Assembly: GCA_039586575.1 (NCBI GenBank)
Contig: JBDHKD010000037.1
Location: 1,576 to 65,575 of the forward strand
Reading direction: 5' to 3'
Length of the DNA stretch: 64,000 nucleotides
Source of the DNA: Gemmatimonadota bacterium
Lineage (GTDB): Bacteria > Gemmatimonadota > Gemmatimonadetes > Palauibacterales > KS3-K002
Part shown: one piece after another, positions 28,413-38,961 of the stretch
How the letters are laid out: each line of letters opens with the position of its first letter
How positions within the stretch are numbered: position 1 is the stretch's first letter
Made by a program: the position numbers and the translations under genes
Notes under the pieces: generated by a model
Databases searched by the model: none
What the model was told of the DNA's origin: nothing
Seen by the model: only the letters and a program-made list of their open reading frames with translations

Positions 28413-29366
28413 ATGGCTGACTGGCGCACCACGTTGAAGCGAAACTGGCAGTACATGCTGACGGCGATGCTGCTGTCCGTATTCCTTTGGGTGGCCGTAA
28501 GCGCTGATCGCGTGGCGGAGCGGCCGTATTCGGCCGACCTATTGATCCTCAATAGCGATCGTCGTTGGGTCGAGACGCAGCGCGAGCCGGACACCGAAGA
28601 GTTGACGGTCGACTTCACCGGCCGCAGCGGCGATCTCGCTTTGTTGGTCGCCGCGCGGCCGCAGGTCATTGTCACGATCGACAGCATCGACTCGAACGTG
28701 ATCGAGGTGCGGCTGACGCCCGACATGGTGCTGGGAAGGGGCGGGCGCGAGCTGGACGGGGTTCGTGCGATCCGGGTGCGGCCTGATCGACTGCTGCTGC
28801 ATTTCGAGCCCAGCCGGCAGAGTGTCGTGCGTGTCGCACCCAACTTGGGGCGTCTGACGCTGGCGGACGGCCACGTGCTGGCGGACACGCCGCGGGCCGA
28901 ACCTGCTATGGTCGCCATCGAAGGCCCGGAGAACACGGTTGCCGGGATCGACTCCATCTTCACAGCGCCGGTTCCCGGCAACCGACTGCGGGAGACAACG
29001 AGCTTCGAGGTACCGCTCGTGACGCCGGACCCGGGCGGACTCGTGGTTCTCTCGCCGACGAGTGTGCGCGTTACGGTCCCGGTGGAGCCAAGGGCGGAGC
29101 GGGTCTTTCCCGGGATTCCGCTAAGTGTGAGCGCCGGCGACGTGAGCGGTGTCAGGGTCGAACCGTCGCTGGTCGATATCCGCATCTCGGGCCCGCAGAG
29201 CACGGTGGACGCGGTGCGGGCGGAGGCTTTGTCGCCGCTCCTGGAGTTCGCCGGGCCCGCCGACTATGGCCGTGCGCTCCCGATCATTCTGCCGGCCCCA
29301 GCTCCCTTCCTCCAGGTCGACGTCGAGCCCGACTCGGCGCGCGTCGTGCCGGAGGGCGGTGGGTAG
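28413..29366 (+). CDS. YbbR/CdaR-like domain protein
   Basis: N-terminal TM LLSVFLW; repeated P..VxIxGP beta modules. Confidence 0.7.
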   Translation: MADWRTTLKRNWQYMLTAMLLSVFLWVAVSADRVAERPYSADLLILNSDRRWVETQREPDTEELTVDFTGRSGDLALLVAARPQVIVTIDSIDSNVIEVRLTPDMVLGRGGRELDGVRAIRVRPDRLLLHFEPSRQSVVRVAPNLGRLTLADGHVLADTPRAEPAMVAIEGPENTVAGIDSIFTAPVPGNRLRETTSFEVPLVTPDPGGLVVLSPTSVRVTVPVEPRAERVFPGIPLSVSAGDVSGVRVEPSLVDIRISGPQSTVDAVRAEALSPLLEFAGPADYGRALPIILPAPAPFLQVDVEPDSARVVPEGGG

Positions 29367-29396
29367 CAGGACAGACGCGGGTTGGCGGAGCGAAGC

Positions 29397-30437
29397 ATGA
29401 GCGGCCGCATAGTCCTGGCGATCGAGACGTCGTGTGATGACACGTCGGCGGCGATTCTACGCGGCGAGCGCGAGCTGCTCGGCCACGTTATCGCTACGCA
29501 GGACCTGCACGCGAGCTACGGCGGTGTCGTACCGGAGGTCGCGTCGCGGGCCCAACTCCGCGTCATCGACGGCGTCGTCGCGCAGACGCTCGAGAAGGCC
29601 GGCGTCGCGTGGGCCGATGTGGACGCCTTCGCCGTCACTGCGGGTCCGGGCCTGATCGGTTCGCTGCTCGTTGGACTCAACTGGGTCAAAGCCGCGGCCT
29701 ACGCGCTGGGCGCCCCGTTCATCGGCGTGCATCACATGGAGGCCCACTTGTTCGCCTCGGTCCTCGAGGACGAGCGTGCCGAGCCACCATTCATAGCTTT
29801 GCTCGTCTCCGGCGGACACACCCTGCTGCTGCAGGCGGAGAGCTGGGGCCGCTACCGACTGCTCGGCGCCACCCGCGATGACGCCGCCGGCGAGGCATTC
29901 GATAAGGTGGCGCGACTGCTGGGCCTGGGCTATCCTGGCGGACCGGTCATCGAGCGACTGGCCCGCCAGGGTGATGCGTCGCGGCACTCGTTCCCGGTGT
30001 CTATGGTGCGCGGTGGCCAGCGTGAAGATCACGGCGACTACTACGACATGTCGTTCAGCGGTTTGAAGACGGCTGTGCTCTTGCGAGTCCGTGAGCTTGA
30101 GCGGGACGACCACCTGGAAGCTGAGATTACGCATCTCTGCGCGGCGTTCCAGCGGGCGGCGATCGAGCAGCTGACGGAGAAGACCTTGCGTGCCGTGAAG
30201 GCGACGGACTGCCGGCGCGTCATCCTCGGCGGTGGTGTGGCAAGGAACAAGGAGCTGGCGGATAGCATCCGCAGCCGTATGCCACCGGACGGGCTCGTGT
30301 TCGTGCCGTCGCCACGCCTCGCGACCGACAACGCGGCGATGGTGGCGCGTGCCGCGCAGTTCCGGCTCGAGCGTGGAGAGCGAGCAGGCTACGATCTCAA
30401 TGCCCGGGCGGATCTGCCGATGCCGGGGATCACTTGA
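29397..30437 (+). CDS. tsaD: tRNA N6-threonylcarbamoyltransferase TsaD
   Basis: LAIETSCDDT, GPGL, HHMEAH, VSGGHT, DDAAGEAFDK, TDNAAM. Confidence 0.96.
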   Translation: MSGRIVLAIETSCDDTSAAILRGERELLGHVIATQDLHASYGGVVPEVASRAQLRVIDGVVAQTLEKAGVAWADVDAFAVTAGPGLIGSLLVGLNWVKAAAYALGAPFIGVHHMEAHLFASVLEDERAEPPFIALLVSGGHTLLLQAESWGRYRLLGATRDDAAGEAFDKVARLLGLGYPGGPVIERLARQGDASRHSFPVSMVRGGQREDHGDYYDMSFSGLKTAVLLRVRELERDDHLEAEITHLCAAFQRAAIEQLTEKTLRAVKATDCRRVILGGGVARNKELADSIRSRMPPDGLVFVPSPRLATDNAAMVARAAQFRLERGERAGYDLNARADLPMPGIT

Positions 30438-30473
30438 CGGGGCACGAGAAGATCGAGGAGAGGGATCGATAGA

Positions 30474-31313
30474 ATGCACCCGATTCTGTTCGAGTTCAAA
30501 GGAATACAGGTCACGACGTTCGGCCTCATGCTGGGCATCGGCTTCCTGGTCGCTGGCTGGGTCGGCAGCCTCGACTACGAGCGGAAAGGTTACGAGCGCG
30601 ACGCGTCCTGGACCGTCCTCATGGGTGCGCTGGTCGGCGGAATCATCGGTGCCAAGATCTATTACGCCTTCCTCAATTGGCCGCTGCTGGTCCGCGATCC
30701 GCTCGGCACTCTCTTCTCCCGAGCCGGGCTCGTCTGGTACGGCGGGTTCATCGGCGGCACGATCGGCGTGATCCTCGTGGCGCGCCGCGCCAAACTGCCG
30801 ATCGGGACTGTCGCGGACAGCGGCGCGCTGATGCTGTCGATCGGATACGCGGTCGGGCGCATCGGCTGTTTCCTCGTGGGGGACGACTACGGCAGACCCA
30901 CGGATAGCTGGGTCGGGCTCGCTTTTCCCAACGGCACACCGCCGAGCACGGCAGGTAATCTCCGGCACAGCTTCGGTGTGGATGTGCCCGATTCCGTGCC
31001 TGACTGGGAGGTGTTGCGCGTCCACCCGACACAGCTGTACGAAACGGCCATCATGCTGGTCGTCTTTGCGATCCTCTGGCGGCTGCGGCGCCACCCGCAT
31101 CGCGCCGGTTGGCTGTTCATGCTTTACCTGGTGCTCGCTGGCCTCGAGCGGGCGTTCGTCGAGATCTTCCGCGCCAAAGATGACCGATTCATCGGCCCGC
31201 TGACTCTCGCGCAGGTGATCAGCTTCGTCATTATCGCGGTGGGTGCCTATGGGCTCTGGACGTTATGGGGTGAGCCGCGGCAGCCGGCGGCCCAATCGGC
31301 GCGGGGAGGCTGA
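30474..31313 (+). CDS. lgt: Prolipoprotein diacylglyceryl transferase
   Basis: GLVWYGG, GRIGCFL.GDDYG, HPTQLYE. Confidence 0.93.
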   Translation: MHPILFEFKGIQVTTFGLMLGIGFLVAGWVGSLDYERKGYERDASWTVLMGALVGGIIGAKIYYAFLNWPLLVRDPLGTLFSRAGLVWYGGFIGGTIGVILVARRAKLPIGTVADSGALMLSIGYAVGRIGCFLVGDDYGRPTDSWVGLAFPNGTPPSTAGNLRHSFGVDVPDSVPDWEVLRVHPTQLYETAIMLVVFAILWRLRRHPHRAGWLFMLYLVLAGLERAFVEIFRAKDDRFIGPLTLAQVISFVIIAVGAYGLWTLWGEPRQPAAQSARGG

Positions 31314-31318
31314 TCGGC

Positions 31319-32188
31319 GTGCCGAAGCTACTTCACCTCTCCGACCTGCATTTCGGTAAGGCTTTCGTACCCGAGGTCGCGGAGACTGTGTTGGAACACA
31401 GCCGTGAGATCGAGCCCGATGTGGTCGTCGTGTCCGGCGACCTAACGCAACGGGCGAAGGCACGCGAGTTCGAGCAAGCGGCAGAGTATCTGAGCCAACT
31501 TGGGGCACCCGTCGTCGTCACACCGGGTAACCATGACGTGCCTTTCTACCGGATCTGGGAACGCTTCCTGACGCCTTACGCGAACTATCACCGCTACATC
31601 AACTCGGAGCTTAACACGGTCACACAGGTGGCCGGGCTCAGGATCGTGTCGCTCAACTCCAGCCGGCGGCTGACGCTCACCAACGGCCGTATTCGACGCT
31701 CGCAGCTCGCCTTCGCCCAGAGAGCCTTCGAGCAAGCCGGCGACTCGTCGGTCCGGATCGTCGTGACTCACCACCATCTCGCACCGCCGCCCGATTTCGT
31801 CGGGGGCAACGTGATGCCTTTCGCGCGGCGAGCCCTGAGGCGGTTCACCGAGTTCGAGGTCGACCTGATCCTGGGTGGCCACATGCACCGATCGTACATC
31901 GGCAACTCGCTCGATTTCTTTCCCGGCGAGCTCGAGCGGCGTGGGATCGTGATCGTGCAGTGCGGCACGACGACGTCGCGCCGGGGCCGGGGTCGCGAGC
32001 GACTCAAGAACACGTTCAATCTCATCTCCGTCGACGATCAGCTGATCCGTGTCGCGCATCATGCCTGGATCGGGGAGCTATCTCGCTTCATGCCGATCAG
32101 CGAGCACGCTTTCCCACGCGGCGCCAAACAGTACTTCGATGTTACGAGCGGACCGGGAATCGGGTCCGAGCTGGACTCGGTCGCCTGA
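31319..32188 (+). CDS. Calcineurin-like metallophosphoesterase (CpdA-like)
   Basis: SDLHFG, SGDLT, PGNHD, THHH, GGHMH. Confidence 0.9.
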   Translation: MPKLLHLSDLHFGKAFVPEVAETVLEHSREIEPDVVVVSGDLTQRAKAREFEQAAEYLSQLGAPVVVTPGNHDVPFYRIWERFLTPYANYHRYINSELNTVTQVAGLRIVSLNSSRRLTLTNGRIRRSQLAFAQRAFEQAGDSSVRIVVTHHHLAPPPDFVGGNVMPFARRALRRFTEFEVDLILGGHMHRSYIGNSLDFFPGELERRGIVIVQCGTTTSRRGRGRERLKNTFNLISVDDQLIRVAHHAWIGELSRFMPISEHAFPRGAKQYFDVTSGPGIGSELDSVA

Positions 32189-34442
32189 AGCCCTCCGGTG
32201 GGGCCTTCGCCTCGCAGCCCTCGCCGCCCTCGCCGTCGGCTTGCTGATGCCCGTCTATGCTTCGGCGCAAGTGACTGCCCGCGACACCTTGCCGGTCGTT
32301 CGACGCCTGAACTTCGAAGGCAACTCTTCGTTCAGTGACGCTGAGATCGAGCGTGCCATTGCGACGCGCGCTACCGGTTGCAGGTCGGTGCTGTTGAGCC
32401 CGCTCTGCTGGATCGGTTGGGATGCTTTCATCCGGACGGAGCGCCTCGATCCGCGTGAGTTGAGGACCGATGTCGCCCGGGTTCGGGTGTTCTACTTCCG
32501 ACGCGGATATCGCAAAGCACAGGTCGACACGATGGTGGTCCGCCAGAACGGCATCGTCGATGTCACACTGCTGATCGACGAAGGCGAGCCCGTGGTCGTG
32601 CGCGATATCTCGTTCATCGGACTCGAAGAGGTAAGCGACGCGGATGCGGCCGTTTCCGACATCGAGTTGAGAATCGGTGAGCCCTATAGCGAGGTCGCCG
32701 TCACGACGTCACGCGAGCGGATCGAGCGCGAGTTGCGAAAACGCGGCTACGCCGATGCGGTGGTGCTGGTCGGGTATACGAGTCCGAGCACCGACACGCT
32801 GGGGGCGTTCGTAGAGCTGGAAGCGGTGCTGGGGCCGCGGTCGCGAATCGGCGAGATCCGCGTTGACGGGGCCGATGAACTCGAGCCCGATGACGTCATG
32901 CGCCTGCTGACCTTTCGCTCCGGCGAGCTGTACAACGAAGACGAGATCGTTCGTAGTCAGCGGTTCCTGTACTCGATGGCCCTTTTCAACTACGTCGATA
33001 TCACGCGGCAGCCGACGAACCCCGACTCGACCATCGACGTCGATGTCGTCGTCCACGAGGCGAAGATGCGTGGCGTCCAGTTCGGTTTTGGGTTGTCGAC
33101 GACCGAGTGCTTCGAGGTCCAGGCGGCGTGGACTCACCGCAACTTCTTCGGCGGTACCCGCAGCCTGGCGGTGAGCGGCGTGCTATCCAACCTGGGCACC
33201 GCCAAGCTCGCCCGACAGTTCCCCTGCACGCAGGCCGGAGTGGAGCCCGAGAGCGAGTTGGAGACCGACCCCTACAACAAGATCAATTGGAGGCTGCGCG
33301 CCGAGTTCCAACAGCCCTGGTTCCTCGGCTCGGAGAACTGGTTGGGGCTCGGGATCTTCGGCGAGCGGCAGAGCCTGCCGGGGATCTATGCGCGGGTCAG
33401 CTATGGCGGCGACGTGAAACTGAGTCGCGAAATCGCGCCGGGTACCGCGTTGATCGGGACCTACCGGGCCGGTCTCGACAGCCTCGAGGAGGGGAGCGCC
33501 GACTTCCTCTTCTGCGCGAACTTCTTGGTCTGCAGTCCCGACGATATCGCGCTGCTCGAGAAGCCCCGCTGGCTCTCGTGGGTCGCCGTCACCTTCGCGC
33601 GCAGCCGGACCGACGTGGTCCTCAACCCGACCCGCGGTTACCGTTTCAACCTCGAGGGCGAAACGGCGTCCCGGTTCACCGGCTCCGAGTGGGCCTACTA
33701 CGGAGCGCGCGGCGAGTTCAGCTGGTTCCAAAAGCTGGGTGACCGTAACGTTCTGGCGCTGCGTTTGCGGGGCGGTCTCGTGAGGCCCATCGGCTCCGGT
33801 ATCGAAGGTGTCGAGCTGGGCCCGCGCAGCGAGCCGGTGACGCATCCGCTGAAGCGGCAGTACGCGGGGGGCGCCTTCACCGTCAGAGGCTACGGTCAGA
33901 ACCTGTTGGGTCCGCAGGTCTTGCTGACCGATGCCGACAATCTGCCGGGCTGCAATCCGGACGACCCAACTGTCACTGAAAACAACACCTGGGTCTGCGA
34001 TCCCAACGAGCAAGGGCTGACGTCGGGGCAGGTCTTTCCGCGCCCGGTCGGCGGTGAGAACGCCGTCGTGGCCAACGCGGAGCTCCGTGTGCCCTTCGGC
34101 ATCGGGCGTTGGGTCGGGGTGGCGTTCATCGATGTGGGGCAGGTATGGACCACCAGGGGCGGGGTGGAGACGGCGGAGGGGCTGGCCTGGTCGCCCGGCG
34201 TTGGCATCCGATATCAGAGCCCGGTGGGACCGTTGCGGCTCGATATCGGTTATAACACCAGTGGAAGCGAGACATGGCCGGTCGTCAGCGAGTTGTTGGT
34301 GGACGGAAAGGCGATCATCGTACAGCTCGGCAATGCGAATGACGAGCCAAGCAAGCTCGAGTATGATCCCTATGACCGCACGGGGCTGGGGGGATTCGTG
34401 AATCGCCTGCAGCTGCATTTCTCAATCGGACACGCGTTCTAG
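32139..34442 (+). CDS. Omp85 family TamA/BamA-like outer membrane protein
   Basis: Signal peptide, POTRA repeats, VRGY motif, SPVGPLRLD, C-terminal FSIGHAF; start codon uncertain. Confidence 0.9.
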   Translation: MLRADRESGPSWTRSPEALRWGLRLAALAALAVGLLMPVYASAQVTARDTLPVVRRLNFEGNSSFSDAEIERAIATRATGCRSVLLSPLCWIGWDAFIRTERLDPRELRTDVARVRVFYFRRGYRKAQVDTMVVRQNGIVDVTLLIDEGEPVVVRDISFIGLEEVSDADAAVSDIELRIGEPYSEVAVTTSRERIERELRKRGYADAVVLVGYTSPSTDTLGAFVELEAVLGPRSRIGEIRVDGADELEPDDVMRLLTFRSGELYNEDEIVRSQRFLYSMALFNYVDITRQPTNPDSTIDVDVVVHEAKMRGVQFGFGLSTTECFEVQAAWTHRNFFGGTRSLAVSGVLSNLGTAKLARQFPCTQAGVEPESELETDPYNKINWRLRAEFQQPWFLGSENWLGLGIFGERQSLPGIYARVSYGGDVKLSREIAPGTALIGTYRAGLDSLEEGSADFLFCANFLVCSPDDIALLEKPRWLSWVAVTFARSRTDVVLNPTRGYRFNLEGETASRFTGSEWAYYGARGEFSWFQKLGDRNVLALRLRGGLVRPIGSGIEGVELGPRSEPVTHPLKRQYAGGAFTVRGYGQNLLGPQVLLTDADNLPGCNPDDPTVTENNTWVCDPNEQGLTSGQVFPRPVGGENAVVANAELRVPFGIGRWVGVAFIDVGQVWTTRGGVETAEGLAWSPGVGIRYQSPVGPLRLDIGYNTSGSETWPVVSELLVDGKAIIVQLGNANDEPSKLEYDPYDRTGLGGFVNRLQLHFSIGHAF

Positions 34443-37400
34443 TGACCTGGAAGGAACGACTGATCGGAATCCCGCTGGCGTTGGCCGGGGCCCTCCTGCT
34501 CCTGGCCACCGGCGCCGGCATGACGTTCACGCGCACGGATTGGGGCCGCGAGCACGTGCGCTCGTTCGCACTCGAGAAGCTCAACGAGGCGATCGTCGGT
34601 CGAGTGGAGATCGATGAGGTGCTGGAAGGCGATCTCCTGCGTTCGGTGAGGATGGCCGGCGTTCGTATCTACGAACCGGACGGGCAGCGGTTCGCCCAGG
34701 TGGACACCGTCGCCGTCCACTATCGTTGGTCCGATTTCCTTCTTGGTAATGTCACGGTGGCGAGGGTCACCCTGGTCGGCCCGATCGTGAACCTGCGGAC
34801 CACACGCGGCGAAGGTTGGAACTTCGAGAAGGTCTTTGCGGGGCGCGGGAGCGCTGACGGCGAGAGTGCCAGCCGGGACGTTCAGGGGGGCCGCGGGCGC
34901 CGAGTCGAGCTTCGAGAGGTCGCAATCCGATCAGGCGATGTGACGCTCCGCTTCCCTTGGGACCCACCCTCAGACAGCGTTGCGGATTCCTCGGCCTGGC
35001 ACGTCGAGCAGGTGGATGGCCGCTGGGAGCGGGTCGTTCGTATCGAGCGGCTCAACGCGAGTCTGCCGGTGGCACGGGTCGCGGCCCCACGGGACCAGGG
35101 TCGCCTGTTCCAAGCATCGCAGCTCAGCGCCCGCGCGACGATCCTGCGAGAGCCATTCCAGATCGAGCAGCTCAGGGCGGACGTCGAGGTCCACGGCGAC
35201 ACGCTGGCCTTCGATGTCTGGGAGGCCGACCTGACGGGTTCACGGGTGTTTGGCGAGGGTTGGGTCACACTCACCGGTGAACCGGAGTACGACGTGGCGC
35301 TGCGCGGCGGCCCGGTAACGACCAATGACCTCTGGTGGTTGTTGCCGCAGCTACCACCCGGTGTGGCCAACCTGGATTTCCGCTTCGCCAGCCGGCCCGA
35401 CGGCACGGTGCTCGAGGCCCAGAACGCTCGCTGGGAATCGCCGGACGCGACCGCTTCAGGCAACTACGCGATGACTCTGCGTGCTGGGCCGGATGGTTTG
35501 GAGTTCGAGGACGTCGACCTCGAGGTGGCACGCGTTCACAGCAGCCTCATCGCCTTCCTGACGGGCTGGGAGCCGCCGGTGCACGGCGAGCTGGCAGGCC
35601 GCGTGCGACTCAACGGTCCTCTGTCGCGGCTGGAGATTGACGGTGATGTGACGGTGACGCCTGACGGGATGGGCTCGAATTCGCATATCACGGCGCTCGG
35701 CACGCTGCACGTCGCCGACGGACAGCTGGGCGCCAGCGATCTCGAGCTGCAGCTCGACAGGGTCGATCTCGGCCTCGTACGCGCCTTCGTACCGTGGGTC
35801 GCGGTGAGAGGGACGGTGACCGGAACGGCCTCGCTTGATGGGCTTCTGGCTGAGGGGCTGGCAGTCTCGTTGAACGTCGAGCAGACAGATCCCGGCTTCA
35901 CTCCGACACGACTGGCGGGTCGGGGTACGGTGACGGCGCCGGTTCGTGCACCGCTGCGGATCGATGCCCGGCTGCGCGCCGATGAGATCTCGCTGACCAC
36001 GCTGGCCGCCTATTACCCGGCGATCCCGTTCCGGGGCGATTTCCGCGGCGAGTTCAGCGTTATGGGATCGCTCGCCGACCTCGAAGTCGAAGCTCATCTG
36101 GGCGGCTTGGGTGATTCGCTGGCAATCTCCGGTAACCTGCAGCTCGCCGCCGGGCCGCCACGCTATCGCGGTAACGTCCAGGGCTGGCGGATCGGCCTCC
36201 CGGAGTTCCGCGAGGGCTTGCCACAATCGGACCTCGACTTCCGAGTCGACTTCGAAGGAGAGGGTGTCAGGCTGGCCGATCTGCAAGCACGGGCGCGGGC
36301 CCACGTATTCGCGTCCTTCATCGGCGGCGTGCGCTTCGATTCGGTGTTCGCAGAGCTGGGAATTGGTGACGGCCGGCTCCGCGTCGATACCGCCGTCGTC
36401 GCCGCCGAGTTCGGCGAGCTGGCTGTGTCGGGCGCCCTTGCCCTGTCCGCGGACCAGACGGACAGCCTCGCCTTCGACCTGCGCGCCGACAGTCTGGGCG
36501 GCTTCAACCCGTGGCTGTTCCCGGCCATCGACCGGCTGCCCCTGCCGAGCGTGGTGACGGCGGCAGCCAGCGCGACAAACGGTGGGAGCGCCCCGGGCAT
36601 CGAGGGATCGGGTCGTGTAGTGGGAAGGCTCGTCCGAGATGAAGGCCACTTCGCGGTGCGCGGCAGTGCCGAGGCCCGAGGGTTCAGCTACGGCGCGGCG
36701 GGAGCGGACAGCGTTGGCATCGAGCGCTTTGATATCGGCGACGAAGCCGGCCGGTTCATCGCGGAGGGTACGGTACGTGCCGCGGGTGCCGGCTTCAGCG
36801 AGGTCCGCTTCGATGAGCTGGAGGCCCGCGGCGGACTTCGCGATTCGCTGCTCGCGGTCGAGTTCCGGCTGGTGAAGCCAGGTGCGGCAGCGGCCGGCAA
36901 TGTCCGGGCTTTGCTGGGCCGCGAGGCGCAATCGATAGGCGTCGACTCGCTGGCGCTGCGGTTGGGGAACTCGATGTGGGAGCTCGAGCAGCCGGCCGAG
37001 TTCTACTTCGCAGACACGGGGGCCCTCGCCGTTCGCGACTTCGAGCTGACGAGCGCGAGGCGGCGCATCGCCGTGAGCGGCTCCGTGGGTACCTCGGGGC
37101 CCGTTGCCCTCAACGCGCGCCTCACCGGGGTCGACTTGGGTGAAGTCGCCTTGCTGTGGCCGGACACGTTGCAGATGGCGGGCATGCTCGAGCTGCAGGC
37201 CGAGCTCTCCGGTCGCGTGCGCGACCCTCAGGTTCAGGCCAGCTTCGAGGTCATTGAGGGCGACCTCTTCAGCGTCGCCTTCTCGAGCTTACGCGGCACG
37301 CTGGGCTACGGGGGCGGTGCCCTGTCGCTTGATGCCTCCATGTGGCAGGGTCAGCACGAACTGGCACGACTGCAAGGGACGTTGCCGGTCGACCTACAGC

Positions 37401-38869
37401 TACCTGCTTTCGCTTTCGACCTGCCCGAACGCCCTATCGCTATGACCTTCGAGGGTGACAGCGTACCGCTCACCCTGGTCAACCTACTTACCGATCAGAT
37501 CACCGACATCCGCGGTCACGCCCGGGCCGCGGTGCGAATCGGCGGTACGCCGGGGAGCATCGACTTGCAGGGGCCGGCCATACTGACCGGCGGCGGCTTC
37601 CGGGTTCCGCGTAGCGGGATCACCTATGAGGGGCTGGAAGGCGAATTGCAGTTCCGTGGTGTCGGGATGCAACTGAGCGGTGTGACGATCCGGGCCTCGC
37701 AGGGCGGCAGCGGCGCGCTGGCCGGCTCGGTCAGCTTCGCTGACCTGGGCAACCCGGAGTTCGACCTCGAACTTAGAGCCGTCGAGTTGGCGGGCTACGA
37801 TCAACTGGACGCGCGGGTCGTCGCATCGGGGACCGTACAACTGCGAGGCCGCTACGATCAGCCACTTATATCGGGCGATCTGATAATCGTCAGCGGGGTG
37901 CTCTTCGTCGAGGAAGTCGGCCGGCAGGCCGAGATCATCGACCCGTTCGAGGCGAACCTGGTCCTGCTCGAAACGGTCTTTGCCTCGGAGGAGGGTCTGC
38001 GGCGCGCCACCGGCAACCGGTTCCTCGACAATCTGGTCATCTCGCTGAGTCTGGACATCGAGCGCGACACGTGGCTGCGCTCGGACGAGATGAACGTCGA
38101 GATCGCCGGCGACCTGTCGCTGTACCAGGATAGAGCGCAGGACGTGCTGCGAATCGACGGTACGCTGGAGGCCGTCCGCGGCGAATACTGGTTCTTCAAC
38201 AAGCGCTTCGCGGTCGTCGGCGGTACGATCGAGTTTGTCGGCGAGCCGGCGATGAACCCGAACCTGAGGATCATCGCGCTCTACACGGTCCGCACGCAGA
38301 AGCGGCCCATCGACATTCGCCTGGTCATCGGTGGAACGCTGGAGGAGATGACGCTCAGGCTGGAGAGCAGCGAACAGCCGCCGATCCCGGAATCGGATCT
38401 CCTGTCGTACCTGCTGTTCGGCCGGCCGTCCTACGAGCTGACGCGTAGTAGTGAGGAACGTAACCTGCTGCAGGATGTGACGGCGGGTGTCCCCGAGGCC
38501 ATCGTGGGCTATGCGCTCGGTTCGTTGCTCGTGGGCGGGTCCTTCATCTCGTACGTCGATGTGAGTCGCGCGCCGCTCGCCCCCGAGGCCGAAGGCGAGT
38601 ACCGCAGCGGGTCCGGGCCGGCGCTCGCGGCCACCCAGGTGGAGGTAGGGTGGTACCTCGCCCCCACCGTCTTCATCAGTGTGGCTCAGCACCTCGCGGG
38701 TGCCGTGCGTCCGACAGTGCGTCTCGAGTGGCGGCTGGACGAGAACTTCACACTGCGCGGGGTCACCGAGCCCCGCTTCGGGCCCGAGGGTACGCTGTTC
38801 TACGGCGGCCCGGCCGCCAACCTCGAGCAGTCGATCGGGGTCTTCCTGCTATACGGGTGGGCGTACTGA
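34442..38869 (+). CDS. Translocation/assembly module TamB-like protein
   Basis: 1475 aa, N-terminal TM, beta-taco repeats, SDLLSYLLFG C-terminal motif, adjacent to the TamA-like gene. Confidence 0.88.
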   Translation: MTWKERLIGIPLALAGALLLLATGAGMTFTRTDWGREHVRSFALEKLNEAIVGRVEIDEVLEGDLLRSVRMAGVRIYEPDGQRFAQVDTVAVHYRWSDFLLGNVTVARVTLVGPIVNLRTTRGEGWNFEKVFAGRGSADGESASRDVQGGRGRRVELREVAIRSGDVTLRFPWDPPSDSVADSSAWHVEQVDGRWERVVRIERLNASLPVARVAAPRDQGRLFQASQLSARATILREPFQIEQLRADVEVHGDTLAFDVWEADLTGSRVFGEGWVTLTGEPEYDVALRGGPVTTNDLWWLLPQLPPGVANLDFRFASRPDGTVLEAQNARWESPDATASGNYAMTLRAGPDGLEFEDVDLEVARVHSSLIAFLTGWEPPVHGELAGRVRLNGPLSRLEIDGDVTVTPDGMGSNSHITALGTLHVADGQLGASDLELQLDRVDLGLVRAFVPWVAVRGTVTGTASLDGLLAEGLAVSLNVEQTDPGFTPTRLAGRGTVTAPVRAPLRIDARLRADEISLTTLAAYYPAIPFRGDFRGEFSVMGSLADLEVEAHLGGLGDSLAISGNLQLAAGPPRYRGNVQGWRIGLPEFREGLPQSDLDFRVDFEGEGVRLADLQARARAHVFASFIGGVRFDSVFAELGIGDGRLRVDTAVVAAEFGELAVSGALALSADQTDSLAFDLRADSLGGFNPWLFPAIDRLPLPSVVTAAASATNGGSAPGIEGSGRVVGRLVRDEGHFAVRGSAEARGFSYGAAGADSVGIERFDIGDEAGRFIAEGTVRAAGAGFSEVRFDELEARGGLRDSLLAVEFRLVKPGAAAAGNVRALLGREAQSIGVDSLALRLGNSMWELEQPAEFYFADTGALAVRDFELTSARRRIAVSGSVGTSGPVALNARLTGVDLGEVALLWPDTLQMAGMLELQAELSGRVRDPQVQASFEVIEGDLFSVAFSSLRGTLGYGGGALSLDASMWQGQHELARLQGTLPVDLQLPAFAFDLPERPIAMTFEGDSVPLTLVNLLTDQITDIRGHARAAVRIGGTPGSIDLQGPAILTGGGFRVPRSGITYEGLEGELQFRGVGMQLSGVTIRASQGGSGALAGSVSFADLGNPEFDLELRAVELAGYDQLDARVVASGTVQLRGRYDQPLISGDLIIVSGVLFVEEVGRQAEIIDPFEANLVLLETVFASEEGLRRATGNRFLDNLVISLSLDIERDTWLRSDEMNVEIAGDLSLYQDRAQDVLRIDGTLEAVRGEYWFFNKRFAVVGGTIEFVGEPAMNPNLRIIALYTVRTQKRPIDIRLVIGGTLEEMTLRLESSEQPPIPESDLLSYLLFGRPSYELTRSSEERNLLQDVTAGVPEAIVGYALGSLLVGGSFISYVDVSRAPLAPEAEGEYRSGSGPALAATQVEVGWYLAPTVFISVAQHLAGAVRPTVRLEWRLDENFTLRGVTEPRFGPEGTLFYGGPAANLEQSIGVFLLYGWAY

Positions 38870-38961
38870 CTGGAACCCGCTCCCTCTCGGGTGTAGTATT
38901 CTACTCCTAAAGCAAGACGATAAACCTCGGGTCTGGGCAGCCAATCGCCCAGGAGTGACGT

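Noticed and set aside
38872-38900. ECF promoter upstream of htpX (GGAACC...GTAGTA)
   Set aside because: Spacing and -10 do not match the GGAAAC-N17-CGT motif; too weak to call
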